Under the pieces are notes generated by a model. The model did not search any database. It was not told the origin of the DNA and saw only the letters and a list, made by a program, of their open reading frames with translations. From contig OZ059899.1 of assembly GCA_964057225.1 (NCBI GenBank), positions 5,456,001 through 5,520,000 of the forward strand: a DNA stretch of 64,000 bases. The letters run 5' to 3'. Position numbers and translations under genes: made by a program. Source of the DNA: Auanema rhodensis (taxonomy: Eukaryota; Animalia; Nematoda). Shown one piece after another: positions 25,910 to 40,399 of this stretch; positions within the stretch are counted from its first letter, which is position 1; the number at the start of each line of letters is the position of its first letter.

Positions 25910-26726
25910 ATGTCGTGATTCTACATACTCACTGCGTATTACTTATTCATTAAGGTTTTAACCTATTCTATAACTTTACAATGTTTTCTACATTTACATT
26001 TCTTGGTAGCAATTTTTTAAATTTAGAAACATTGGTAAGCTGGCTTCGCCAAGACAACACGATACAACACTGGCTCCTCACATCATTAATCGTACTAATG
26101 AGCATCTTCAACCATGTACCAATTTAATTAATGATATTCACAAGGTTCAAAATATTCTTTTCCAAAAGAAAGAAACTTTTTTTTATTTTGTCTTAGAACA
26201 CAGTCAAGAAGAAAGTTGTTCCACCTTTACCAATTCGTTCTACATCTAGTTTAATATCATCCAAAGTTGATTTAATTGATCGTCGTAAACGGTAACTAAT
26301 TATAAATATCGTGATTATTTTAAAAACTTTGCAGAGTGAGCTTAGTGCCATCAGTTGTTGATGGTACCTCATGTTTCATTGATTCGCATACACCTCCGCC
26401 GCCATTAATTAGAGTGAATTCTGATTTAATTGAGCCAACTAGCTCTGCATTATTATCTCCTACCTCAAGCACAAGTTCCAGAACACCTAGAAAGTTCAGC
26501 AAAATTAATGGTTTGTTTTTCAAACACATTGCAAAAGCAGCTTACAATCATGATCGCTTTATTTTCTTGAAAATTTTATAAGCAACAATATTTTTTGGCT
26601 ATTAACAGCCAATATAGCCAAAAAATATATTTATTAAATATATAAAAATCTTGTTTTATAAAAAGCAGTGGATTAGTGTACCGATGATGTATTTATTGTG
26701 TTTATTACTAATTCATAGGGTTTTGA
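25910..26726 (+). CDS. Orphan spliced Ser/Pro-rich ORF; 5' end not identified
   Basis: Phase-compatible GT-AG exons 25910-25954, 26027-26144, 26197-26291 and 26335-26510 give ...NIGKLASPRQHDTT...NTVKKKVVPPLPIRSTSS...HTPPPPLIRVNSD...TPRKFSKIN. The last exon is uncertain. Confidence 0.55.
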
Positions 26727-26906
26727 GTACAACGCTCATAAAGACAATGAATGCTCTTGAATTTCAATCGCAACCTAAGTTGGTTGTTAACCAAAATAAT
26801 ATACATAACATACCTCGTTCATCCTAGTCTTGTTTCAAAAGTTTTGTAAACCTACAATTGATAGAATATTTTACATCTTAAATGATTAACGATTAACTTG
26901 TAATGT

Positions 26907-26978
26907 GACTGCTTGGCGCAATGGTAGCGCGTTCGACTCCAGATCGAAAGGTTGGGCGTTCGATCCGCTCAGTGGTCA
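26907..26978 (+). tRNA. tRNA-Trp (CCA)
   Basis: 72-nt cloverleaf GACTGCTTGGCGCAATGGTAGCGCGTTCGACTCCAGATCGAAAGGTTGGGCGTTCGATCCGCTCAGTGGTCA, anticodon CCA, T-loop GTTCGATCC; matches recalled nematode tRNA-Trp. Confidence 0.97.
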
Positions 26979-26981
26979 AAA

Positions 26982-26987
26982 TTTTTT
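26982..26987 (+). terminator. Pol III oligo-T terminator
   Basis: TTTTTT 3 nt after the tRNA end. Confidence 0.85.
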
Positions 26988-28028
26988 CCCTTTTCTTCGT
27001 CATAAATTTAAGAAAGTCCATCAACCAAAGCAACAAAGTTTACAAATTCTAAATGTTTCATAAAAGTAAGGGTTACGTAATGGAGAATGCCAAGGATTCA
27101 AAGTCTTTTCGCACGCAAGGCACCCGAAGTTTGCTTAATTATTTATAAGAATCTTAGTCTCTGATTACTTCTTAAATAAACTTATTCCTTAAAGCATTCT
27201 TTATCGCATTTTGCTGTAACGGCAAGATAGTTTAATCACTAATAGTATGGATACATCTCATTCAGAGGAAAACTTATTCCCATATATCTCGATGTATTCT
27301 TCTTCTAGCAGATCTTGTAGGTTTTTTAAGCTCTTGCTTTAAAAGAAATGTCTTTTGAGTGTTAAAAATGAGGTTTACTAAAAATGTGCCAGAATACGAG
27401 ACTTGTTCGGAAGACTAAATTCTTCATCTTCCTTTTTCTTGAGCGTTCCTCATTAGTATTGAGACACAACTGGACAATGTCAATTGAATCAAGCCCCTGA
27501 GATATCTCCCGAGCGTCCGCTTGACCTTCGTCCACTTTGGACAGTTGAAGCTTCTTAGGTCATCAACTTATTCAAGTCATAATCAACTCATTTCACTCCT
27601 TATGATGATGACTCAAGTTCTTGGTCAAGGCACCTTCAATTCTTTCAAATATACGAACTCTGATTCGGATTCATATATTCAGCATTCTCTTCATTAAAAT
27701 TGTCCATAGCTCCTTTTCTGACACAAAATCAACAACACAGTAAAAAGAATATGCTGAATTGTTTTTTCCCTCCACTGAAAAATGTGCTTCAAAGCGGAAT
27801 ATAGCTAACGATGGCAATGTTTCAGTTCATCGCTGTTAGAAATCAGAAGCGTAACATTGTCGACGACTAAATCTCTTGAATCACATTAGGTTATCCTTGT
27901 TTTCTCTTTCTATCTCCATCTCTCTCTCTAAGGCTCTTGTTTAAATTCTTCTATCTCAATCTTTGTCAAGCTTGTCACAAGCATTTCATGGAAGTAATAG
28001 TGACTAGCGTTACATTCAAATGCAGAAA

Positions 28029-29338
28029 ATGGTACTTACCTCATTGGATGAAAAACCTCATTATAACTACAAAATAATATCAACACAAGGACCATGTCCC
28101 TTATATCCTATACACTATTCAGGTGAAAATTCTTATTTTTATTTTTCTCTAAGCCTTATTCATTATGAATGCATACAAATTAGAAATTAATTTTTTTCCT
28201 AAAGATGCCCCCAACAAACTTGAAGTCTATCTAATAGCTGATAATCACAAAATGATCTTATCTACTATATAACTATTTTGCTTCTTATATTATGTTTTTA
28301 GTAAAGTTTACTGCAGCCTTTTCACGCTAATTCTATATCTTATACATTTTCTAAAATATAAAATATATTTATTCATTTATGTTTTTTAATATTTTTTATA
28401 ACTTAAAACTAAATAGATATGAAGCCTCGAGACACAATTGTGAGTTTCGCAGAAGATCCAGTGCCACCCAGTCACTGTTGCTGTGGATCAGTTCGAGTAG
28501 AAGTAATTATTTCAAATTTTTTTCTATTTTTTTTAAATTTTTGAATCATGCTCTCTTCATCTTCACATTCCAGAGTGGTTGTCGCATCGTTGCAATATTA
28601 TCATTAATAGGAATGACAACAAATGCCATTCTATACTTCTTCGGTTTAAGTCGTCTAGGATTAAGCACCTATTTAGAACTTCTTATCATAATTCTTGATT
28701 TCATAGCTGTAGTTTGTTTATTTATGGGTATTTCTAACAAACGTTCTTCAATGCTGAAACCATACTTATTTTTCATGGTATCAATTCTATTTATATTGTT
28801 CAATATATTTAATATACTTTAGACATTATGGACTTTATCCCTGATTCTTCTGTTTTTATCTTGTTTGTGGAATGTTTTAAGAAATCGTGAATTTGCTCGA
28901 AATTTGTTACAAAACGTTTATCATCTAAAAGGTGATCCAGATCCACATCGTATGCGACATGTTCGTCATGGAGATGACGGAGGTAAACACTGCATTTGAA
29001 AAAAAAATCCTCAAAAAAAAAACCAAATGATATTTATTTTGAAACAAAGCATAACATTAATTTTTTATTATTTATCTATTCTGTTGGTGAATATCAGTAA
29101 AACTGAATTTTAGTCCATTTCTTGGTGACAACTATATTAATGGTCGCATTGGGTTTGATAATATTTATTGATGGATTATTTCTTCATGTTGTATATCGAG
29201 GGTTTCAGGTAAACTTTTAATTTAAATATTTAATTCATAAAATTTATTTAGTATTTTGCTTATAAAGAAGATAAAGATCGTGAAGACGAAGAAAGAAAAA
29301 GTCCAAGAGCCAATGGGTCAAGCCATTTATCTACATGA
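28029..29338 (+). CDS. Small four-transmembrane protein (LAPTM4/DUF4728-like topology)
   Basis: ...HCCCGSVRVE-SGCRIVAILSLIG...VCLFMGISNKRSSMLKPYLFFM-TLWTLSLILLFL...VHFLVTTILMVALGLIIFIDGLFLHVVYRGFQ-YFAYKEDKDRE...ST*. CCCG motif before TM1. Start could be 28020, 28029 or 28419. Confidence 0.8.
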
Positions 29339-29524
29339 TTATAACATATTAGAAAGTTTTTTTTTTAATTCTTTCAGTATTTAGTTCCTTTAAGATTTTT
29401 ATTTCAAAGAAATATTCCAGACTTAAATATACAAAAAAAAATTATTTATATAATCTCCAAATTATGATAGATCTCTTACAATCGGGTTGTATGTACTTAA
29501 TCATTGAAATAAAATAAATATATT

Positions 29525-30147
29525 TTACTTTCCAATAATAGCTAAGTTTGTTTTAATAATTGGATCACACTTATTGTCAAGCCAGTCGTTGATGTCAAGT
29601 TCCTAAATTTATGTAAGTAACAAGAATATATGATCAAATGCTTACTTGAGCAATTTTATCAAACATTTCGTTCAAAACCTGAACATACTCAAGCTTGGCG
29701 TCATCTTGGGATTTTCCCTTCAATTCGGCCCATGTATCCCTATAAAAGATAATTTTCAAATTAGCTCTAATGATATTTCATGATGGTTAAGTTTGAACTA
29801 TTTACAATCACTTTAAAACTTTTTGAGCAAGTTAAATAAATATAAAATATTGATTATGTTGGAAAGCGTACCACTTCTTTCTCTCAACAAAACTGAGAAT
29901 GCCAGGTCTCTCAGTATTCACATCACCAATGGTAGCTTGTTTGAAAAGAGAGTAAAACTTCAATTTTTGGTCATTCGAAGTACTTACTGGTCCTGAAATA
30001 GATAATTAAAATTTTCTTTTAAATTTATATCATGAGACTTTATCAACTTATTATATAAATATTATTCTGATTCAAATATTTCTCACCTTCTTTTGGTAAT
30101 TTTTGAATAATTTCAACGGCAGCGTTGAACTTGTCAGTCAAAGACAT
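29525..30147 (-). CDS. acbp-3: Acyl-CoA-binding protein
   Basis: MSLTDKFNAAVEIIQKLPKE-GPVSTSNDQKLKFYSLFKQATIGDVNTERPG...ERKKW-DTW...NEMFDKIAQ-ELDINDWL...DPIIKTNLAIIGK*, close to recalled C. elegans ACBP-3. Confidence 0.92.
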
Positions 30148-31680
30148 GTCGACCTGTAGAAAAAATATTAAAATGGCATAAAAAAGAAAAATATATTAAA
30201 GCAAAGGAGTTGGTACTATACTACAAAAGAAAAAGTTAAATGATAACAAGACATTTCATAGAAAAAATTGATAACGTAGTTTATGTTTTTGGAATGAAAT
30301 GTATTAAACTATTTCAAAAAGACTTAAATTGTTCTTAACAAGTTTTTGAAATAAATATTACAAAGTCCAGTAATGTGAGTTCTGAATAGATAGGAGACGT
30401 GGATCTTTGACAACAATATAAAAGATTTCAAAACACTGAACGTTCAAAGGGAAACAATCTTTAAGACATAACAGGCAGTATAGTGACAGCCGGCCAAATA
30501 TAGGTAAGTGAGAGATGAAATGGAATATCGTTCTCCATCAACGAAATTGTGGCTAGATGTGGTCAATAAAATAGTCTGACCTAAATATATCGGTCTTCTT
30601 CGTTCAATCTTTCTATTCTTCTTGATTTTGGAGATGATCCAAGAATGCCCTATTAAGGATACAAGGTAGCCAACGAATATGCAATGTTCAATAAAGGTGT
30701 TTCAAATTTATATTGTTACTTTGATAGTTTAGATCTATTTTAAAATAAAGAAAAAACGGTTGTATTTCATATTGATCTCAATAGAGTATGAAGTTTTAAA
30801 CGAGAAAAGGAAATCATATGTATATATAAAAATTCTGAAAAGTGGAACTGATTCACATAATAAAAAGAGAAAAAATATAGTCTATTAAACATAATAAATT
30901 GTCTTCTCAATTAAAACATATCAAAAATTGATGAACTTATAGAACAATAATACTCCGAAGTAAATTTTTTTTTTTCCAAAATGGTATGTATGTAACTAGT
31001 AATTGTAGAAATATATATATTCAGAAAATGAAAAGCATTAAAAAACAACAAGTTTAACTTTACTAGAGAAAACCTAGGTTTAGACCTTCTTCTTGATGGT
31101 CTTATACATAGGTGTGATCATTAAATCTTACCATTTTACGATAAAGAAAGAAATGCAGACATTGGTGGTAGCATCAAACCAATCTATTCCTTTCTCGTTT
31201 CTAAAGGAAACGTTTCTTCGATATATTTAGAAGATTTGTCTTTCAATATAACCGTTTTTTATAAGAAATTATGAATTTCAACTTTAAATTCTTAATTTTA
31301 TTCCATTACTCTTCAAATTCAGTTCAAAACTACTCAGTTTAATTTGTGGAACACTTCAAAAAATAACATTATATCTAGGTTCAAAGATCATATACTCCTT
31401 AGACTGATCACTGAATTTTCGTGTTATACCTTTTTCACTAATAAATCGATCCAAAAGGTTCTGTCCCCACACCTTTAAACGATGTGTGTTAGCGGAATAA
31501 TGTCCAACATGACGGACGGATTGGCTGTTGTTTACGGAAACTCTCGTTGTTCGCAATTATGTTGACTGAAGCTGCAACCGTTCTTCATGTTGTTTATAAG
31601 AATTAAATTTTGTCTTAATTATTAGTTTAAACAGTATATATTTTATTTGTAATTATTCAAAGATTTCAGTGTCTTCCAAA

Positions 31681-33611
31681 ATGCTCAGCAGAATCAGTCA
31701 GCCTTTGCTACAAAATGCACAAAAGGTTTGCATCTTTTAGATTATTTACTTCAGCAAGCTTTACACAATAACCGTCATTGATTTTTGTCAAGTCATGATT
31801 TTATAAGTTATTTTTAGACACTTGCTTCTTCAGCTAGAAACTTGATGCTCCATGAGCATCATGGCATGGCTGTTCTTCAGAAGGAAGACATCAGAGTAAG
31901 CTATTTACTTTTTCGTTTTGACATATCTTGTTTATAGGTTCCACCTTTCGGAGTAGCTAGATCTGCCGAGGAAGCTAAACAACAGGCTACTAAGATTGGT
32001 AAAAAGAAATTAGGAATTAATCTCTGCAATGTATTTTTATTAAGGAGGAAAAGACTATGTCATCAAGGCTCAAGTTCTTGCCGGAGGTCGTGGAAAGGGT
32101 CGTTTTGATTCTGGACTCCAAGGAGGAGTTCAAATTGTCTTCACGTAAACTTTTTTGAAATATAAGTATATTGGAATATATTTTTAGCCCAGAAGAAGCA
32201 CAAGAAAAGGCCCGACTTATGATTGGATCTAATCTTGTTACTAAGCAAACTGACCACAGAGGAAAAAAATGCGAGGAGGTTATTTCAGTTATAATATAAA
32301 ATATTTACTCTTATATTCTTAGGTTATGGTTTGTCAACGTCTATTCACTCGCCGTGAATATTACTTCTCCATTACTCTCGATAGAACTACTAACGTATAA
32401 CTTTTTATTACTACTACTGCCTACAGTACAGTTTTAGGGACCCATCATTATTGGATCATCTAGAGGAGGAGTCAATATTGAAGAGGTTGCTGCTACAGAG
32501 CCCGAAGCTATTGTTAAAGTTCCAATTGATTTGAGCGTTGGAATTAATAAGGAAATTGCCACAGATGTTGCTTCAAAGATGGGATTCCAAGTTTGCACTA
32601 TATTCTTTTACATTTTTGATTAATTTTTTAAGGGAGATTGTTTAACCCAAGCTTCTGAAATCATTCAAAAGCTTTACAATCTTTTCCGTAAGAGTGACGC
32701 AACTCTTATTGAAATCAATCCAATGGCTGAAGATGTCAATGGAGATGGTATAATATTGTCTTTTGTTATATTACTAAATAATATTCTATTTGTAGTTTAT
32801 TGTATGGATTGCAAACTTCTTCTCGACTCCAATGCTGAATTCCGTCAACCTGATCTTTTTGCTCTTAAGGATTCTAAGCAAGAAGACGAGCTCGAGGTGT
32901 TAATTTATTCAGTATCTATATTAATTTCCTTAATCAGATCCGCGCTGCTGCAGCTAACCTCAACTACATCCGATTAGATGGAAATATCGGATGCATGGGT
33001 ATTTCAGATTTCTAAATTAAAACTAAATAATTCTTTCAGTTAATGGAGCTGGTCTTGCCATGGCTACCATGGATATCATCAAACTTCACGGTGGTGAGCC
33101 TGCTAACTTCCTTGATGTTGGAGGTGGAGCTACTGTTGAGCAGGTCACTGAAGCTTTCAAGATCATTACCGCTGATGAAAAGAAGGTCCTTATTTATTTT
33201 TTTAATCATTTTAAATATCTTTTTTTATAGGTTAACGCTATCTTGGTTAACATTTTCGGTGGAATTATGCGTTGTGATGTTATTGCACAAGGAATTATTA
33301 AGGCAGCCAATGACTTGAAGCTCAAAATCCCTATTGTTGTCCGCCTTCAGGGTTCGTCGCAAGACTTATTTCTGTTAGCTTCCCATTTTTTTCATTTTCA
33401 GGAACAAAGGTTGAAGATGCTAAGGCCCTAATTGCTACTTCCCAATTAAGGATTCTTCCATGTGATAATCTTGACGAGGTATTACTATCATTGAGATTAT
33501 CCAGCATTTTTTTCATTGTTTCAGGCAGCTAAGATGGTAGTGAAGCTTTCGAACATCGTGAATCTCGCTCGTGCTGCTCAAATTGATGTCAAATTCGAAT
33601 TGTCCATCTAA
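31681..33611 (+). CDS. suca-1: Succinyl-CoA ligase [ADP-forming] beta subunit, mitochondrial (SUCLA2)
   Basis: [86 protein letters not shown]; ends VKFELSI*. Confidence 0.96.
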
Positions 33612-34306
33612 ATCTAGTCTTGTCTTAGTCAATTAGATTTATTTAAAAGCAGAGTATAGCACAAAAGCATGAATTGTCCCTATTTCTCTGAATAGTTCGC
33701 AATTTTTGCCGATTGTGTATTTGTAGATGACTTAACAATCAGACTTACCACCTTGTTCGCAGATTGCAATACACATGTGCACATCTCTTAGTGACTTGAC
33801 TATAATAAAACAGCTTTTAAGTATTTGCTTTTATTTGAGCAGGTCTTTATAAATCTTATTTTCGATGTTTTCTTTTAATTAAACTTATGTTTTTTCTTTG
33901 TAAGGGAGTTCCCTCGTCAATACTTTATCGGAATTTTTTGTTGCATGGAGCACTACTCTGAACGTGGCGGCGTATCTGTCTTGTCATCCCATTGGAGCAT
34001 TATCTTATCGTGACTTTAGACGTGACCACCCACCTGTGGGACCGTGCAGACTTGTACTTATCAGACCATTGAAGGGTAGGCGACCTATCACTATGATGAA
34101 ACCTCGTATCTCTAGCTGTTGTGCTCATTGTAACTCCTTTCTTGACTATGTAGTTGTGTGAGCCTTATCTTTTCTCTGTTGAGTTCTCTATAATAAGGCA
34201 ATTTTTGAAAATGTTTCACGCTTCAATGTCCGAATTTATCGCTTTTTTTTATCTTGTATTTTTCTTTGTTTTCCGTTTGTTGATCGTAAGCTTCTTTTTT
34301 TTTAGA

Positions 34307-36237
<1,931 letters not shown>

Positions 36238-36433
36238 TAATCATTTATTTATAAAATGTTTGCGAAATATTGGGATCCTGTAATAAGTAGCTGTACATCA
36301 TTTCATGTGCGATAAACTATCTGATCTCTTGCTATGTGTGGTTTAAATTTAATTGGTTTTTTCCCATTATATACAATTTAAACCTTTCAAACATCTGAAC
36401 TGACAAAAATTATTGCTAGCAAGAAGATAGAAC

Positions 36434-37606
36434 ATGAGTGATGTAGAAGAACTCACTGATATGATAGAGCTACTCCTTCTTCGTCATCGTAAAGAAAAGA
36501 AAGAGTTACGAGGTATTTATTATTGGTTCTTAACTGCTTACTGCTATTCTTAAGAAACCTGTGTTACAATGAAGAAAGCTGCTAAATCCGGCAATAAGCA
36601 GAAACAAAAAGAAACTAATGCTCAAATCGATACTATGGAAAAAGAATTAGAAGCTAGACAAGCTCGAGAACTTAAGGAAGTTGTTATCATTTACAGGAGT
36701 ATTTTCTAATAATCGGCTCTAGGCTCAATCTAGTGTAGACACTAAAGAAGAGATTCTTGCGACGGAACCCGCTGAAGAAAATAGTTTTTACAAAGAACGG
36801 CAAGTAACAGGGAAACAAGCTAAACGTCAAGCTAAAAAAGATCAAAATGCCAAGCGCATTGCAGAAGCTATCCAGGAGGATCGGTCCAATTCTTCCTCTT
36901 CTTTGAGACTTATTGAACTGAAAGCTATTCAAAAGGTTTTTCCTTACTTGACTTGCAATAATTTTGCTCTAATGAAAAACGAAAGGAATTAATTTGTTTT
37001 TGTCAGGTTTTGGAAGAACAATCTCTTCAACTTTTCGACATTGCTCCTGACGGTGATTGCTTGTATAACGCAGTTGCTCACCAGCTCTCAAAGACCATGG
37101 GATTCGAAGCTGTTTGTAGTTTCTATCGTTTTCTTATTTATTCGTTGCTTAGGTTACTGGGAAAGATATGCGGCGTCGTGCTGCAAAGTATTTACTTGAG
37201 CATAAAGATGATTTTGCTCCATTCTTGACGAATGTAATTTTTCTTTACCCATTTTCATAATAAATAAATAAATTTTTAGGATGATGGCGAACCACTAGAT
37301 GAATTTGAGTTTGAAGAATATTGCAATAAAGTATTAAATGTTGCCCAAGACGGAGGTGTTTGGGGCGGTGAACCCGAGTTAAACGCACTTAGCTTATGTT
37401 TGGAAAGAAAGATTGTTGTAAGTTTAAGATTATGAATTTATGAAAATTCGTATAAAATTAATTTTCAGGTAATACAACCAGAAGGTAGATTTGTAACTTT
37501 CGGAGAGCAATTTACTACAAAACCTTTGACTGTTGTTTATCATAGACACGCTTATCAATTAGGAGAACACTATAATTCAACGGAACCTAGAAAATTAACT
37601 GAATAA
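36434..37606 (+). CDS. OTU-domain deubiquitinase, OTUD6B-like
   Basis: N-terminal LLRHRKEKKELR coiled coil; catalytic IAPDGDCLYNAVAHQL, WGGEPELNALS, YHRHAYQLGEHYNS. Confidence 0.93.
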
Positions 37607-37787
37607 TTTGTCATTATAATTATTTTATTTGTTCACGTTTGTTCATTTCATTTTATATTTATAATAAAAATGCATAATCATTATTTTTTATAAGGAAAAA
37701 TAGGATTTTCCTTTTATTATTTAATTTATTAATTAGGAAAACTTTTCTTAATTTTAACTCATCTTATTTTTTTAGCATAATAGCTTC

Positions 37788-38979
37788 ATGTCTTCTAACC
37801 ATTATGAACCAGTAGTATCTTCATGGAATATTTTAAATAATTTATTTATCTCATGTTACTTTTTGTGTCAAGATGTTTGGAGTATGATTACGGGAAAAAG
37901 TCATTTAGAAAGGATTGTAAATATTATCCAATTTCCTTTATTTTAATATAATCATTTAGTTGGTACAGCCAAGATCTCATAGAGCTCAAATCATATCACA
38001 CGTTGAATGGTTTCTAGTTAAAACACAGTGTCTTGTTTTAGGATCTCTGTGAGCTATAAGTATTTTATTCAACTTTAAATTTGGAAATTAAGAAAAAAAA
38101 TGGATCCAGAAGAACTGTTAAAAAAACATGCTGTATCTGCAAATGGCCAAGAGAGACTGGATTTGATTGTTCGACTGGATAGATATCTCACTGAAGTTGT
38201 GACATACAACAAGCTATTAGAAATGGTTTACTTCGGTTATTAGCTTTTTCATAATCGCCTAGTTCAGGTTGATGAAAAACGCAGAGAAACATTCAATGTT
38301 CGTAATAGCGACCATGTAGAAAAATTAAGAGAACTTTGGTGCTTAACTATACCTAATAAAGCCTCTGAGTTCGCCTTAGTTTCTATTCTTTGGCAAGATG
38401 TAGGGTTTCAAGTAAGTTCAGGAATATTACATGAAAATGTCAATTACTAATTCAAATTAGGGAAATGATCCTTCAACAGATTTACGAGGAATGGGAATGC
38501 TTTCGATCGATCAATTGATATTTTTAGCCAAAAAACATCCAAAAGATATGAAAAATATTTTACAATTGTGTAATCATCCTACTATAGGATTCCCAATGGC
38601 CGTAGCTGGTAAAATAAAAAAGAAAAATAACTTAAAAGCATTGAAATATGATTTGTTCAGGAATAACAATATCATCTCTCACCTTCCATATGCTTAAAAC
38701 TGGGATATTAAGAAAACATTTTTATAATCTAAGTGCTTCTCATAAAGTTGATTTTATAGAATACAACAATGCATATTGTAGGTTTAAATATATTCAAGTT
38801 TACCTCTTTCTTCTCGTTTAGGCCATATTTTCAAACTGTTCTGTGAATATTGGATAAGAAGCAATCCCAAATCTGTAATGTGCTTTAATGAGCACAGACT
38901 GAATTTTGAAAAATCTTTATATAATCTTCTAAACAATGATCGCGCTGATTTATTAGCAATCAATCTCAATAACTTATAA
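37788..38979 (+). CDS. ELMO domain-containing protein (ELMOD, ARF/ARL GAP)
   Basis: WQDVGFQ-GNDPSTDLRGMGMLSIDQLIFLA, HPTIGFPMAVAGITIS, LFCEYWIRSNPKSVMCFN. Confidence 0.92.
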
Positions 38980-39101
38980 TTACATAATGTGAGCATATTA
39001 AATTTTTTGAAAGTAATGTACTTTATTCCTTCGCAAAACAGTATACAAAATAAAGAATATTATTATGAATAAGTATTTACATTTCACACACATTTGTTAA
39101 T

Positions 39102-40399
39102 TCACTTCACTCCAAATTTTAGTTTAATCGGAGCCCTTACACCTCCTTTGTTGAGTATCGTCTGCTGCTCGGTTTTGTTTAAAGCCTCTTTCTCTTTCTG
39201 TAGCTCTTGGCGTTCCCTTTCCAACTGACTTCTTTGAGCTAGCATTGCCAATTTTTCCTCATTCTGAAAACGAATCCATCATATATGATATAAATTTAGG
39301 GCCAACCAAAAGGTAACCTTAATGGCTACTTCCTTTTTTGGATGAACAAGTGATAAAATTCATTTTCATTACCAAACCTGTTTATTTCCGAAAGCTCACC
39401 TCTCGTAGAAAATGGATTTACGTGAGCTGTAGGGTATGCAGAAATCCTCCATGAACAACATTAAGCTGTATGAACAATAGAATTCTTCGCGCTATTTTTC
39501 ATGCTTATACTATTTTTCGAAACAAAAACAAAAAAATATGCGCAGACTTATACAAAAAGCAATATCTTAAATAACTTAATACTGAAAATACATTAACAGG
39601 GTCAGGCCATACATATGTTTTAATTATTATTAGAAATATAAAAAAACTAACATATTTTTTTTCACTTTCTTCGGCGTCCTTGAGTTTTTGCTTCAATTGC
39701 TCTTCTAGAGCTTCACAGCGACGTCGAGAATCTTCCTAAATACAAACGAAGGTATAAACTTTAAAATCTGAATGTACCTCTCTACGTCGCGTTGATTGAA
39801 TTTCTTCAGCCATTTCAGCTTCTATCTGTACGCGTAACCTTTGTTCCACGTCAATGCGAGCTTTAGCAATTCGTTCAGCCATAGCTGCTTCTAATTTATC
39901 AACACGTGAAAGAACCTTAAAATACAAATAAGATATGCAACTAATAAAAACTATGTACCTGTTCGGCAATGCGATCTTCTAACCATTTCTTTGCTGTATC
40001 ACTGAGGGTGGACGAATCGAAATTACCACTTAATTCTTTTTGTACATCTTTAGGAATAGCTACAGCCTCAACTTTTCTAAATAAATAAAAACAAAAAATG
40101 AATAAGTTTAAATGTTTCACTTTTTCTCCTTTTCACGACTTCGGCTTCGATTTCTTTTCCTTTCCTTGAGTAAGCTACCTAGTTTGACACCTTCGGAATC
40201 TGAGACTTCGGATGATTCAGCTCGATATCTAAAATAACTTTTAAAAAATGCTTTAAGATCATTTTTGTACTCACCTTTTCTTTTTCTCTTTCTTATGTTT
40301 CCGTTCCCTACTTCTATCACGATCCCTCTCCCGATCTCTTTCCCTGCTCCTGTCTCGTTCTCTACTGTTTCGAGGTGATCGAGATCTTGATCGACCCAT
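39102..40399 (-). CDS. ARGLU1: Arginine- and glutamate-rich protein 1 (splicing/Mediator regulator)
   Basis: RS-rich N-terminus MGRSRSRSPRNSRERDRSRERDRE, E/R coiled coil, C-terminus EQQTILNKGGVRAPIKLKFGVK* resembling the ARGLU1 tail. Confidence 0.85.

Noticed and set aside
33905-34190. GC-richer block with box C-like ATGATGA and a 65-aa ORF
   Set aside because: No properly placed box D or terminal stem; several TTATC sites fit a lap-1 promoter better
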